41,840 nucleotides of DNA, taken from NCBI GenBank assembly GCA_041642395.1, contig JBEPWN010000003.1, positions 1-41,840 on the forward strand, given 5' to 3'. Of the stretch, positions 1-9,593 are shown piece by piece. The notes beneath the pieces are model-generated. The model had not been told where the DNA came from, made no database searches, and was given only the letters and a program-made list of their open reading frames with translations. A program made the translations under genes and the position numbers. Source of the DNA: Marinilabilia sp. Lineage in GTDB: Bacteria > Bacteroidota > Bacteroidia > Bacteroidales > Marinilabiliaceae. Positions within the stretch are counted from its first letter, which is position 1, and each line of letters starts with the position of its first letter.

Positions 1-778
1 CTGCTACGTCATTGAACCGAATATCTTTCATCATTCGTGAGAATGTGGTAAGCCCCATATACCCTTCGCCCAGACTGGCATGACGATCCACTTTGCTTGC
101 CAGTTCTTTTTTTGCATCATTAAGATGAATTCCCCGCAAATAATTAAATCCGACAATATCCGCAAAATCACTCCAGCTTTTGATATAACCACCTTCGGTC
201 ATAAAATCATATCCTGCAGCCCATCCATGACATGTATCAATGCAAACTCCAACCCGCGACTTGTCATCTACCAATTCTATAATCCTGGCCAGATGTTCGA
301 ATCTATATCCAATATTTGTACCCTGCCCCGCCGTGTTTTCAATAACAGCAGTAACTCCATGCGTATTATCCAAAGCCGTATTTACCGATTCAGCCACCCG
401 CTTTAAACAATCATCTTCAGAAATCCGGGTCAGATGACTCCCGGGATGAAAATTTAACATCTCAAGCCCCAACTGCTCACACCGCTGCATCTCATCAAGA
501 AATGCAGCACGTGATTTTCTAAGACCCTCTTTGTCAGGGTGTCCTAAATTGATCAGATAACTGTCGTGTGGCAATATGTAACGTGTTGAAAACCCATGAG
601 TTTCACAATTATTTTTGAATTTAACAACGCTTTCCTGTGTCAATGGTTTTCCCATCCATTGTCTTTGATTTTTTGTAAATAAGGCAAATGCATTCGCCCC
701 GATGGCTGCAGCATTAATGGGAGCATTTTCAACACCGCCTGCTGAACTAACATGTGCACCTATAAATTTAGTTGTCAT
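1..778 (-). CDS. nfo: Deoxyribonuclease IV (endonuclease IV); 3' end runs off the left edge of the window
   Basis: Not in the ORF track. Manual translation from ATG at 778 gives [41 protein letters not shown], followed by [10 protein letters not shown] and NFHPGSH motifs typical of Nfo. Confidence 0.93.
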   Translation of the reverse strand, partial: MTTKFIGAHVSSAGGVENAPINAAAIGANAFALFTKNQRQWMGKPLTQESVVKFKNNCETHGFSTRYILPHDSYLINLGHPDKEGLRKSRAAFLDEMQRCEQLGLEMLNFHPGSHLTRISEDDCLKRVAESVNTALDNTHGVTAVIENTAGQGTNIGYRFEHLARIIELVDDKSRVGVCIDTCHGWAAGYDFMTEGGYIKSWSDFADIVGFNYLRGIHLNDAKKELASKVDRHASLGEGYMGLTTFSRMMKDIRFNDVA

Positions 779-984
779 TTTACTCTTATTTTGAAATTAA
801 AAAAACACGATCATATCTGCAATATAATTAAAGATGTCGAACCAGAAATAAGAAAGTAAATATTGCTGGATCCACCGAACAAAAATCAGATTTTTTGTAC
901 AAAACAATTACTACCTTGCATCCAGAAATGCACATCAAGCAAAGTCGTAATGACCACTGCACAAACATATTAAAAAAACATTGT

Positions 985-2244
985 ATGAGCACTCCCATTA
1001 TTCCTAACATCACCTCAGAGATAGGCGAACTGGAAGCAGTAATTCTACATACTCCAGGTCCTGAAGTTGAAAATATGACTCCTGGAAATGCTGAAAGAGC
1101 GCTTTACAGTGACATATTAAATTTGCCTGTGGCACTGGATGAATATCACCAACTTAGTGGTGTTTTGGAAAAATTAACAACAACTTTCCAGGTAAAAGAT
1201 TTACTATCCGGAATCTTAATCGATCCGAAAGTAAAATTATCCCTGATAGAACGCATCTGCACACATGAGCATGTTCTCAGCATTAAAGAAGATCTTTTAG
1301 AGCTTAATCACAAAGAGTTGTCATCTCAGCTAATAGAAGGAGTAGCTTTAAAACACGACTCACTCACCACATACTTATCAGACGAGCGATATGCATTAAA
1401 GCCTCTTCACAATTTTTTCTTCACCCGAGATGCATCAGTGACAGTTTACAATGAAGTAATGATTTCGAAAATGGCAAAAAAGGTACGTGAACGTGAATCG
1501 ATCATTATGGATGCCATTTTCAACCACTCCCCACATTTCAAAACATCCACAATCAATCCGATGAGCACCTGGCATGTGGGTGAAGAGACATTTATTGAAG
1601 GTGGTGACGTTCTGATCGCCCGTGAAGATATTCTGATTATTGGAAACGGAACAAGAACATCAACACAGGGAATTGATTTTCTTGCCAATCAAATAAAAAA
1701 AACAAAAGAGAAAAAATATATTGTGGTACAACAGCTGCCCGCCTCACCTGAGTCTTTTATTCATCTGGATATGGTATTTACACTGCTTGATCGCGACACC
1801 TGCATGATCTATGAGCCCATGATCAAACAGGATAACACGTATGCAACCATATTAATGACCATCGACAATGGTAATGTTACCAATATCTCCCGTCAAAGCG
1901 GACTTCTGCAATGTCTGAAAGAATTAGGAATGGATTTAAAACCAGTTTCCTGTGGAGGCAATGACCTATGGCAGCAGGAACGGGAACAGTGGCATAGCGG
2001 GGCAAATTTTTTCTCCATCGCACCGGGCAAACTTTTGGGATATGCCAGAAATGTTCACACTCTGGAAGCCCTCAACAAAATTGGTTATGACGTATTAAAA
2101 GCCACAGATATTATTGAAGGCAAAATCAACCCTTCAGAGTACACAAGATATACTGTCACCATTGAAGGATCGGAACTACCCAGGGGAGGTGGTGGCGCCC
2201 GATGTATGACCATGCCGGTAAGACGAAAAAATGTGCAATGGTAG
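985..2244 (+). CDS. arcA: Arginine deiminase
   Basis: SEIGEL, FFFTRD, IEGGD, FIHLD and C-terminal GGGGARCMT amidinotransferase-fold catalytic motifs. ATG at 985 preferred over the ORF-track start at 895. Confidence 0.9.
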   Translation: MSTPIIPNITSEIGELEAVILHTPGPEVENMTPGNAERALYSDILNLPVALDEYHQLSGVLEKLTTTFQVKDLLSGILIDPKVKLSLIERICTHEHVLSIKEDLLELNHKELSSQLIEGVALKHDSLTTYLSDERYALKPLHNFFFTRDASVTVYNEVMISKMAKKVRERESIIMDAIFNHSPHFKTSTINPMSTWHVGEETFIEGGDVLIAREDILIIGNGTRTSTQGIDFLANQIKKTKEKKYIVVQQLPASPESFIHLDMVFTLLDRDTCMIYEPMIKQDNTYATILMTIDNGNVTNISRQSGLLQCLKELGMDLKPVSCGGNDLWQQEREQWHSGANFFSIAPGKLLGYARNVHTLEALNKIGYDVLKATDIIEGKINPSEYTRYTVTIEGSELPRGGGGARCMTMPVRRKNVQW

Positions 2245-2251
2245 CTTCCCT

Positions 2252-3439
2252 CTAAACTACCTCTTTCACAAGTTCGGCTGCTTCCTGTAATGAAGTGGCC
2301 GACATTACTTTCAACCCCGAGTTGTCAATCACCACCTTACCCTCTGCAGCATTAGTGCCCTGCAGTCTCACAATAACCGGCACCTTTATATCTCCCAGAT
2401 TTTTATATGCTTCAACCACTCCTGCTGCTACACGGTCACATCTGACAATTCCTCCAAAAACATTAATCAGAACCGCTTTTACAGAAGGATCATCAAGGAT
2501 TATTTTTAATCCGGCTTCAACAGCTTCAGAATTAGCACCACCACCCACATCCAGAAAGTTGGCCGGTTTACCACCAGACAGTTTTATCATATCCATAGTG
2601 GCCATGGCCAAACCAGCTCCATTAACCATGCAGCCAACATCACCCTCAAGCTTCACAAAGTTAAGATTGTGTTTGCCGGCAGCCACTTCGTAAGGATCTT
2701 CCTCATCAGCATCATACATTTTAGCCAATTCGTGATGCCTGAACAGTGCATTGTCATCCAATCTCACCTTTGCATCAACGGCGAGTATTCTATCGTCAGT
2801 TGCTTTTAAGACAGGATTTATTTCAATCATAGCAGCATCAACAGAAATATAAGCAAGGTAAAGCGCTTTAACAAACTTAGTCATTTCTTTGAAGGCCTTT
2901 CCTGAAAGATCAAGGTTAAAGGCAATTTTTCGTGCCTGAAAAGGCAAAACGCCTGCTATAGGATCAATTTCCTCACGGAAAATGCGTTCCGGTGTTTTTT
3001 CGGCAACATCTTCAATCTCTACACCTCCATCAGGAGAATACATAATAATATTCTTTCCGGTTTCCCTGTTCAGAAGCACACTCATGTAAAATTCTTTTCT
3101 TTCCGACTCTCCCGGATAATAAACATCCTGGGCGACAAGAATTTTACGAACCTTTTTCCCCTGGGGTCCGGTTTGATGAGTAACCAGTTGCATACCTATC
3201 ATTCCATCAGCGATAGTTTTTACATCATCAAGACTTTTGGCAAGCTTAACCCCTCCTCCTTTTCCACGTCCACCAGCATGAATCTGAGCCTTTAATACCC
3301 ACCAACCGGTGCTGGTCTGCTGTTGAAGTTTTTTTGCGGCATCTACCGCTTCTTTGCCGGAGGAAGCCATAATCCCTTCCTGAATGGTAACTCCATATTG
3401 CTTTAAAATGTTTTTGGCCTGAAACTCATGAATATTCAT
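2252..3439 (-). CDS. sucC: Succinyl-CoA synthetase beta subunit (ADP-forming)
   Basis: MNIHEFQAK, KAQIHAGGRGKGGG, VNGAGLAMATMD, ANFLDVGGG, NVFGGIVRCD. Confidence 0.97.
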   Translation of the reverse strand: MNIHEFQAKNILKQYGVTIQEGIMASSGKEAVDAAKKLQQQTSTGWWVLKAQIHAGGRGKGGGVKLAKSLDDVKTIADGMIGMQLVTHQTGPQGKKVRKILVAQDVYYPGESERKEFYMSVLLNRETGKNIIMYSPDGGVEIEDVAEKTPERIFREEIDPIAGVLPFQARKIAFNLDLSGKAFKEMTKFVKALYLAYISVDAAMIEINPVLKATDDRILAVDAKVRLDDNALFRHHELAKMYDADEEDPYEVAAGKHNLNFVKLEGDVGCMVNGAGLAMATMDMIKLSGGKPANFLDVGGGANSEAVEAGLKIILDDPSVKAVLINVFGGIVRCDRVAAGVVEAYKNLGDIKVPVIVRLQGTNAAEGKVVIDNSGLKVMSATSLQEAAELVKEVV

Positions 3440-3770
3440 ATAGTTAAATTTTTAAGGGATTATAAATCAACTCTTTCAAGATATGTTTTAAAACATCCTT
3501 CATTCATAAAATTATTCTTTACGATGTCCAACAATCAACAAAATACAAGTGACATCGTCAATTTTAAATAATAAACAGTTCAATATTGAAATTCGCTGAA
3601 CTTAATATCTCTGCTCCAATTCGCCTGCGATTGCTTGCATTTCTTGTTATTTATACATTTCATAACGAAATCCACATAAAGAAGGCTAAACTTCTCACAA
3701 AACCATTTATCCAATTTGCTGACTCAGAACTTTGAGTAATTTTGCTTTAATCAAAAAATTCAAAACAATC

Positions 3771-4307
3771 ATGCGCAAATTAAAACTTACTGAACTGGAC
3801 CGGATATCGGTCACAGAATTCAAAAAAGCTCATAAATCCCCCGTTGTTGTAATACTCGACAATGTGCGAAGTCTTCACAATGTCGGAAGCATATTCCGGA
3901 CATCAGACGCTTTTCGTCTGCAAGCGGTTTATCTTTGTGGCATCACTTCCACACCTCCTCACAAGGAAATCCATAAAACAGCATTGGGCGCAGAAGAGTC
4001 AGTTGAATGGCGATACTTTGATAAAACAACTGAAGCGGCAGAAAAGTTGAAACAAAATGGATATTTACTGATAGGAGTCGAACAAGTAGATGATAGCATC
4101 AAACTGGACCGATTTGAAACAGATAAGAATACTAAATATGCAGTCATTTTTGGAAATGAAGTAAGAGGTGTCGATCAGAATGTCATCAACCAGTGTGACA
4201 TATGCCTCGAAATTCCTCAGTTCGGCACCAAACATTCAATGAATGTATCAGTATCTGCAGGTATTGTTTTATGGGAAATCTCTAAAAAATGGCTATTGGC
4301 TCCATAA
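3771..4307 (+). CDS. SpoU/TrmH-family RNA 2'-O-methyltransferase
   Basis: LDNVRSLHNVGSIFRT, FGNEVRG and EIPQFGTKHSMNVSVS SPOUT motifs. ATG at 3771; a TAATTTTG -7 box lies at 3737-3744. Confidence 0.9.
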   Translation: MRKLKLTELDRISVTEFKKAHKSPVVVILDNVRSLHNVGSIFRTSDAFRLQAVYLCGITSTPPHKEIHKTALGAEESVEWRYFDKTTEAAEKLKQNGYLLIGVEQVDDSIKLDRFETDKNTKYAVIFGNEVRGVDQNVINQCDICLEIPQFGTKHSMNVSVSAGIVLWEISKKWLLAP

Positions 4308-4412
4308 TATTTACCGGAAGACCATTAAATATAATGCAGCCGCATGAATAAAACCGGTTAAAGAATATGACATTACAACCCCATCCTTTTGAAAAATAGG
4401 AAGAATTCAAAT

Positions 4413-4454
4413 AAAATAAAAAAGGCAACGCTATAGCGTTGCCTTTTTTATTTT
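4413..4454. terminator. Bidirectional intrinsic terminator (perfect 42-bp palindrome)
   Basis: aaaataaaaaaggcaacgctatagcgttgccttttttatttt lies between two convergent genes and has A/T tails on both sides. Confidence 0.85.
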
Positions 4455-4476
4455 TATTTGTTTGAGAAGATTCCTA

Positions 4477-6201
4477 TTATTGAACAATCTCGTTAAATGT
4501 AGCATCTTCAAAATAACGTGCAAATTCCATATCAGTAGCAGCTACTTCAGCAAGGCTGCTATCAAGACTAATCGCCTGACGAAGAGATTCAAACAACATA
4601 TCTGTATCATTTGTACGTGCTCCGATAATGGCTTTAAGATAATACTTGATACCAACTTCTCTATCATTGGCATTCAAAGTAGCAAGTGCAGCGTCATAAT
4701 TTCCGTTAAGAATTTTTGCCAATGCAGCATTACAACTGTTGCTGTTTCCAAAATAACGAACAGCCTCATCATAATTGCCGTTGTAAATAGCCAAAACTCC
4801 CAGGTTATTATCCAAAGCAGCACCGGCACCGGCAGCTGAATCAAAATACTCCTGAGCTTCTTCAGGCTTATCTTCATAAAGAGCAATTACCCCAAGATTG
4901 TTTAGAACCTCAGGCTGATTGGCCTGCATGTTATTTGCCTTTTCAAAAGCACCTTTTGCATCCTCTATTTTTTCCTGCTTATACAGAACAACACCAATAT
5001 TATTCTGAGCTCTCCAACTGTCACTATACTCATCAAGAGAAGTCTCATAAATATCGAGTTTCTCATCAAGATCATCAGTAAGCGTGGCAGCATAAAGAAT
5101 TTCTTCAACTGACAGCTCTGAAGGCTCATTCATAGCCAGCTCTGAAATTTCCTCGTCAGATTTTCCAATTACCTCAACATTAACATTAAGCTTGGAACGA
5201 CGAAGTTCAGGAAGAATTTTGTCAGCAAGAACCTCAAAGGTTGCAGCCATATTCTTAATTTCCTGCTCGCGTACTTCAGGATCACTGTACGTGGAGAGAA
5301 CACGTAAGATCAAATCTTTGTTTTCAATATCACTCTTTTGAACGAGTTCTTTGAATCCTTCCCAGTCTTCAGGAGTATTGCGCAATTCATAAAAATCGTC
5401 ATCGTCGGCTTTTTCAACTTCTTGATCTTTAAGTTCGCCTGACAAATAATTTTTGGCCGACTGCTCACGCGCTTTAGCTAATCTGGTATTCAAATCAATC
5501 GGTCCGTCAGGTGATGCATACGCGGAAATATTAACATCTTTGAACTCCTTATTTTCAGCTTCTTTAGATGCAGAAATAAAATCTTCCAAAGTTTTAATAT
5601 CTTCTTTCGTCAACTCTGACCTGCGAACATTAGAGCGCTCGATCACATAGTGAATATCTGCTTCACCTGTTTCCGTAATCACACGCTTGAAGTTATCTTC
5701 TCCAAGAGCTGCCATTGCGCCTTTTTTACCCAAAAGATTTGATGTTGCGATCACACCTTCAGCAATCTTAACAGGCTCAAAATTGATTGAATTATCACCC
5801 CGTGTTGCTGTTATACGAACCACAAGATCAGAAACACGCATGTTCTCATTGTAATCAACAGTTCCCTCATAAGAAAACTGGCCACCATTGGAATATGAAA
5901 TCACTTTAGCGTTTCCATCTACGTTTTCGCCTTGTAAACGGAAGGGAGGGTAAGCGGTTTCACCGCCATCATAAACCAATACAGGAGTAGCCTCCAGTTC
6001 AGTTTTTTTATCAAAATAACCACCTGGTATTTGCATGCTGACTTCTACAGGTACCTGTCCTCCATGAGTTTCCAATACTTCAGGAGTCACCGTGTAATTT
6101 ACATCAGCTGCGTTGTCTTTCATTTTATCCAGGCCAGAGCAACTTGCAAGTAATCCTGCAAGAGCTACAGTAGCAAAAAGATTAATCTTTGTTCTTTTCA
6201 T
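4477..6201 (-). CDS. Tetratricopeptide-repeat lipoprotein with a central OmpA-like segment
   Basis: Lipobox LASC; AYASPDG...N..LA..R OmpA-like motif; C-terminal TPRs (AQNNIGVVL, VLNNLGVIAL, NNLGVLAI). Confidence 0.8.
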   Translation of the reverse strand: MKRTKINLFATVALAGLLASCSGLDKMKDNAADVNYTVTPEVLETHGGQVPVEVSMQIPGGYFDKKTELEATPVLVYDGGETAYPPFRLQGENVDGNAKVISYSNGGQFSYEGTVDYNENMRVSDLVVRITATRGDNSINFEPVKIAEGVIATSNLLGKKGAMAALGEDNFKRVITETGEADIHYVIERSNVRRSELTKEDIKTLEDFISASKEAENKEFKDVNISAYASPDGPIDLNTRLAKAREQSAKNYLSGELKDQEVEKADDDDFYELRNTPEDWEGFKELVQKSDIENKDLILRVLSTYSDPEVREQEIKNMAATFEVLADKILPELRRSKLNVNVEVIGKSDEEISELAMNEPSELSVEEILYAATLTDDLDEKLDIYETSLDEYSDSWRAQNNIGVVLYKQEKIEDAKGAFEKANNMQANQPEVLNNLGVIALYEDKPEEAQEYFDSAAGAGAALDNNLGVLAIYNGNYDEAVRYFGNSNSCNAALAKILNGNYDAALATLNANDREVGIKYYLKAIIGARTNDTDMLFESLRQAISLDSSLAEVAATDMEFARYFEDATFNEIVQ

Positions 6202-6615
6202 AATGTTAACCGAATTATTTGTTCTTGAATAAATCCTATCTTCTATACAAATTTAAAAATGTTTTTAAAATCTAAAATACTTTCATTGCAAATATAGACA
6301 ATCGTTCAATTTTTTCAACAAAAAATATTCATTTAAATCATGTAATTTTTTCTGCTCAAACGTTCCCCTATAAAGGTTTCAAACTAATTGCACTCAAGTA
6401 TATATGATTATCAAAAAAATCGTTTTATTTATTAATTTAAAAAATAATGTCAAAAAATTATTTAACCGACTCAATTAACCGCTCTTCAGATTGATTATAA
6501 GCCAAAATATACTTTGACAAGGTATGATAATCCTTTCAATTTACACAATATATACAATAATAAGTTTTTTAAATGACAATGTAAATAATTTTGACGGTTT
6601 TTTTAATAAAAAAAA

Positions 6616-8736
6616 TTATTTATACGGTTCAATCCCAATATTATAAAAGGTAAAAGAAAGCATATCAGCCACCTCTTCGATCTGCTTGGAAACAGGCTTT
6701 CCGGCGCCATGCCCTGCTTTGGTTTCAATGCGAATTAGAACCGGATTTTCCCCTTTGTATTTTTCCTGTAGAGTGGCGATGTATTTAAATGAATGGGCAG
6801 GAACCACCCTATCGTCATGATCGGCAGTAAAAACAAGGGTTGCAGGATAATCCACGCCCGATTTGATATTATGAACAGGCGAGTACCCATAAAGATACTG
6901 AAACATCTCCTCACTGTCGTCACTGCGTCCATAATCGCCGGCCCAGGCCCAGCCGATGGTGAATTGGTGATAACGTAGCATATCCATAACACCCACCGCT
7001 GGTAACGAAACTTCAAAAAGATCGGGTCGTTGATTTACAACTGCTCCCAAAAGCAGGCCTCCGTTGGAGCCACCTCTGATGGCAATTTTATCCGAATTGG
7101 TATAGCCCATTTCAATAACTTTCTCTGCCGCCAGAATAAAATCATCGAATACACGCTGCTTATTCATTTTTGTTCCGGCCGCATGCCAGGATTCACCATA
7201 TTCTCCACCGCCACGAATGTGTGCATTCACATAAATACCCCCATTCTCAAGCCAGGGAATCAGCCTGACATCAAATCCCGGTTCATAAACAACATTAAAT
7301 CCACCATAGCCATAAAGCATCAGAGGATTATTGCCATCCATTTCGATGTCTTTTTTATGTACAATATGCAAAGGAATCTGCGCCCCGTCTTCGGCTTCAA
7401 TAAAAATCAGTTTTGTAATATAATTGTCGCCTTCAAAATCAACCTTTGTTTCAAAAATCAAATCTGCTTCCCGATTTTCCAGGTCATAATTAAAAATCTT
7501 ATTCGGAACACTGTAAGAATCATATGAATAAATTACTTCATCATTCTGACTGATGGCTCGCACTGCATCCACCGAGCCTGAACCGGGCAGATCAATATCA
7601 TATTGCTTTTGACCTTCCAGATTATAGACTTCCAGATGAGATTCGGCATCAACCAGATACAATGCAACAGCATAGGATTCCGACAACGAAATATTCTTCA
7701 AAACGCTTGATTGCTCGCCAATCACTTCTTTCCAGCTATCGATATGCGGATTTTGAGGATCAATAGACATAACCCTGTAGCGAGGTGCTCCAAAATCGGT
7801 CAACACCCAGTATTTACCATCTACTGTTCCCACATACCGCGTATTATTTTCAAACGAATCGTCGGCAGTTACCCACTCGCTGTCTCCCAATTTCCTGAAT
7901 AGTAAAGAATTATTGCTAGTTGACTGTCCGCCATACAGAATGATGCGTTCTTCATCATCATCCACCTCTGCAGAAAAATTCCGCTGGGCATTAACAGCAT
8001 CCTTATAAATAAGCTCGTCATCTTCCTGATTATCTCCCAACTTATGGAAAAAAACCTGCTGAAACTCGTTCACATTCGTTAACTCGCTTCCACCGGAAGG
8101 GGCGTCGTAACGACTATAAAAAAATCCCTGTTCCCCAAGCCACGAGATATCTGAAAACTTAACCCATTCCAAATGGTCTTTCATATCTTCTCCGGTGGCA
8201 ACTTCTTTGACAAACAATTCGCGCCAATCGGATCCTCCGCGCGAAATTGCATAAGCCATGTATTTCCCTCCTTCAGAAAAACCATACTCTGCCAGAGCCA
8301 CCGTTCCGTCTTCCGACAACTTATTGGGATCAAGTAATACCCGCTCTGATCCATTGCGTCCTTCCTTCACATAAACAACAGACTGGTCCTGCAACCCGTC
8401 ATTTCTGGAAAAAAACCAGTAATCACCTTTGCGAACAGGAACACTTTCTCTCTTGTAATTCCATACTCCGGTGAGGCGCTGTACAATTTTTTCTCTGAAC
8501 GGAATTTTATCCAGATATGAATTGGTTACCGCAACCTGGGCTTCCACCCATTCCCCGGTCTCTTCCGATTGATCGTCTTCGAGCCACCTGTAAGGATCGG
8601 ATATTTCCGTTCCAAAATATACATCTGTGGTATCCACTTTTTTTGTTTCGGGATAATCGGGTTTGCCCGGTCCCTTATTACATGCAACAAATGTTGTCAT
8701 AACAAACAGAAGAACTAATAAAATTCGATGCTTCAT
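6616..8736 (-). CDS. Prolyl oligopeptidase (S9A), lipoprotein
   Basis: DPYRWLED, GGSNGGLL (Ser), DHDDRVVP (Asp), AGHGAGK (His); lipobox FVAC. Confidence 0.95.
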   Translation of the reverse strand: MKHRILLVLLFVMTTFVACNKGPGKPDYPETKKVDTTDVYFGTEISDPYRWLEDDQSEETGEWVEAQVAVTNSYLDKIPFREKIVQRLTGVWNYKRESVPVRKGDYWFFSRNDGLQDQSVVYVKEGRNGSERVLLDPNKLSEDGTVALAEYGFSEGGKYMAYAISRGGSDWRELFVKEVATGEDMKDHLEWVKFSDISWLGEQGFFYSRYDAPSGGSELTNVNEFQQVFFHKLGDNQEDDELIYKDAVNAQRNFSAEVDDDEERIILYGGQSTSNNSLLFRKLGDSEWVTADDSFENNTRYVGTVDGKYWVLTDFGAPRYRVMSIDPQNPHIDSWKEVIGEQSSVLKNISLSESYAVALYLVDAESHLEVYNLEGQKQYDIDLPGSGSVDAVRAISQNDEVIYSYDSYSVPNKIFNYDLENREADLIFETKVDFEGDNYITKLIFIEAEDGAQIPLHIVHKKDIEMDGNNPLMLYGYGGFNVVYEPGFDVRLIPWLENGGIYVNAHIRGGGEYGESWHAAGTKMNKQRVFDDFILAAEKVIEMGYTNSDKIAIRGGSNGGLLLGAVVNQRPDLFEVSLPAVGVMDMLRYHQFTIGWAWAGDYGRSDDSEEMFQYLYGYSPVHNIKSGVDYPATLVFTADHDDRVVPAHSFKYIATLQEKYKGENPVLIRIETKAGHGAGKPVSKQIEEVADMLSFTFYNIGIEPYK

Positions 8737-8790
8737 ATTTTATTTTATAATAATAATTAAGTAAGTAATAGTGGTAAACCCACACCGACA

Positions 8791-9282
8791 TTAATAAAGC
8801 CGGTTTTGTTTTTTTATTTTACGCTCCTTATTTTTCCCGGCAATCCATCCAACCAGCATTCCAATAAATGCTCCGGTAAGAAGTACTCCACCTATAACAA
8901 CACCTGCAACTACCAATATGGTGAAAAGCGCACCAAGCAACCCAACCAAAATTCCAATTAAAACGAAACGCGATAACCATAATCCTTTGGGAAAAACATG
9001 GTGATCGGAACGCAAATGCCGGACGCTTTCCTCCAATTCGCCCTGAAACCGGGACATTTCCGGAGCATCGGTTTTCATCCATCGTCCCAACTCAAAACTC
9101 ATACTGTCAAGTTCTTCAAAATGCCTGGAACAAACTTCACATTCTTCTTTATGAGTTTCAAGATGATGCATAAGCCGGGGAAAAGCTTCCAGACTATAAA
9201 ACCGGATGCTTTCGCGGGGAGCACCTTTGAGGCGGCCGCTTAATATTTCATACCACTGTTGAATTGTTCTGTAACGGGTCAT
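8791..9282 (-). CDS. Hypothetical membrane protein with an HxxxCxxC motif and two C-terminal TM helices
   Basis: HKEECEVC; Gly-rich hydrophobic hairpin near the C-terminus; basic tail. Confidence 0.7.
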   Translation of the reverse strand: MTRYRTIQQWYEILSGRLKGAPRESIRFYSLEAFPRLMHHLETHKEECEVCSRHFEELDSMSFELGRWMKTDAPEMSRFQGELEESVRHLRSDHHVFPKGLWLSRFVLIGILVGLLGALFTILVVAGVVIGGVLLTGAFIGMLVGWIAGKNKERKIKKQNRLY

Positions 9283-9501
9283 AATTACATTTTGGATCGT
9301 TTAGTTTATCGATATTAGATCGTTAGTTCCGACCATCAGGAATTAGAAGCGATAGTCAATAAATGATCAGATTCTAAAAAATCAGTAACGTACGTCCCAA
9401 TCGGGACAGGCCTCTGATTGGCCTGTTTTCTTCAGCAAGATATAAAAATAAAACAGATCATTCAAAAAGACAGTTCAAATAAAATCTTACAAAAACTCAA
9501 A

Positions 9502-9534
9502 ATCCCCAATGGTTTCATCTTTACCATCGGGGAT
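9502..9534 (-). terminator. Probable pnp terminator
   Basis: atccccaatggt...accatcggggat stem, followed by a T-run on the minus strand. Confidence 0.6.
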
Positions 9535-9593
9535 CTGATATTATTCTTAAGTCATTAAAAGAAAATATAAAGACATAATATTACTGTCAATAT

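Noticed and set aside
80-437. Plus-strand ORFs 80-406 and 240-437, and the many other short ORFs overlapping long genes
   Set aside because: They are antisense or alternate-frame shadows of well-supported genes (here nfo) and carry no recognisable motifs.
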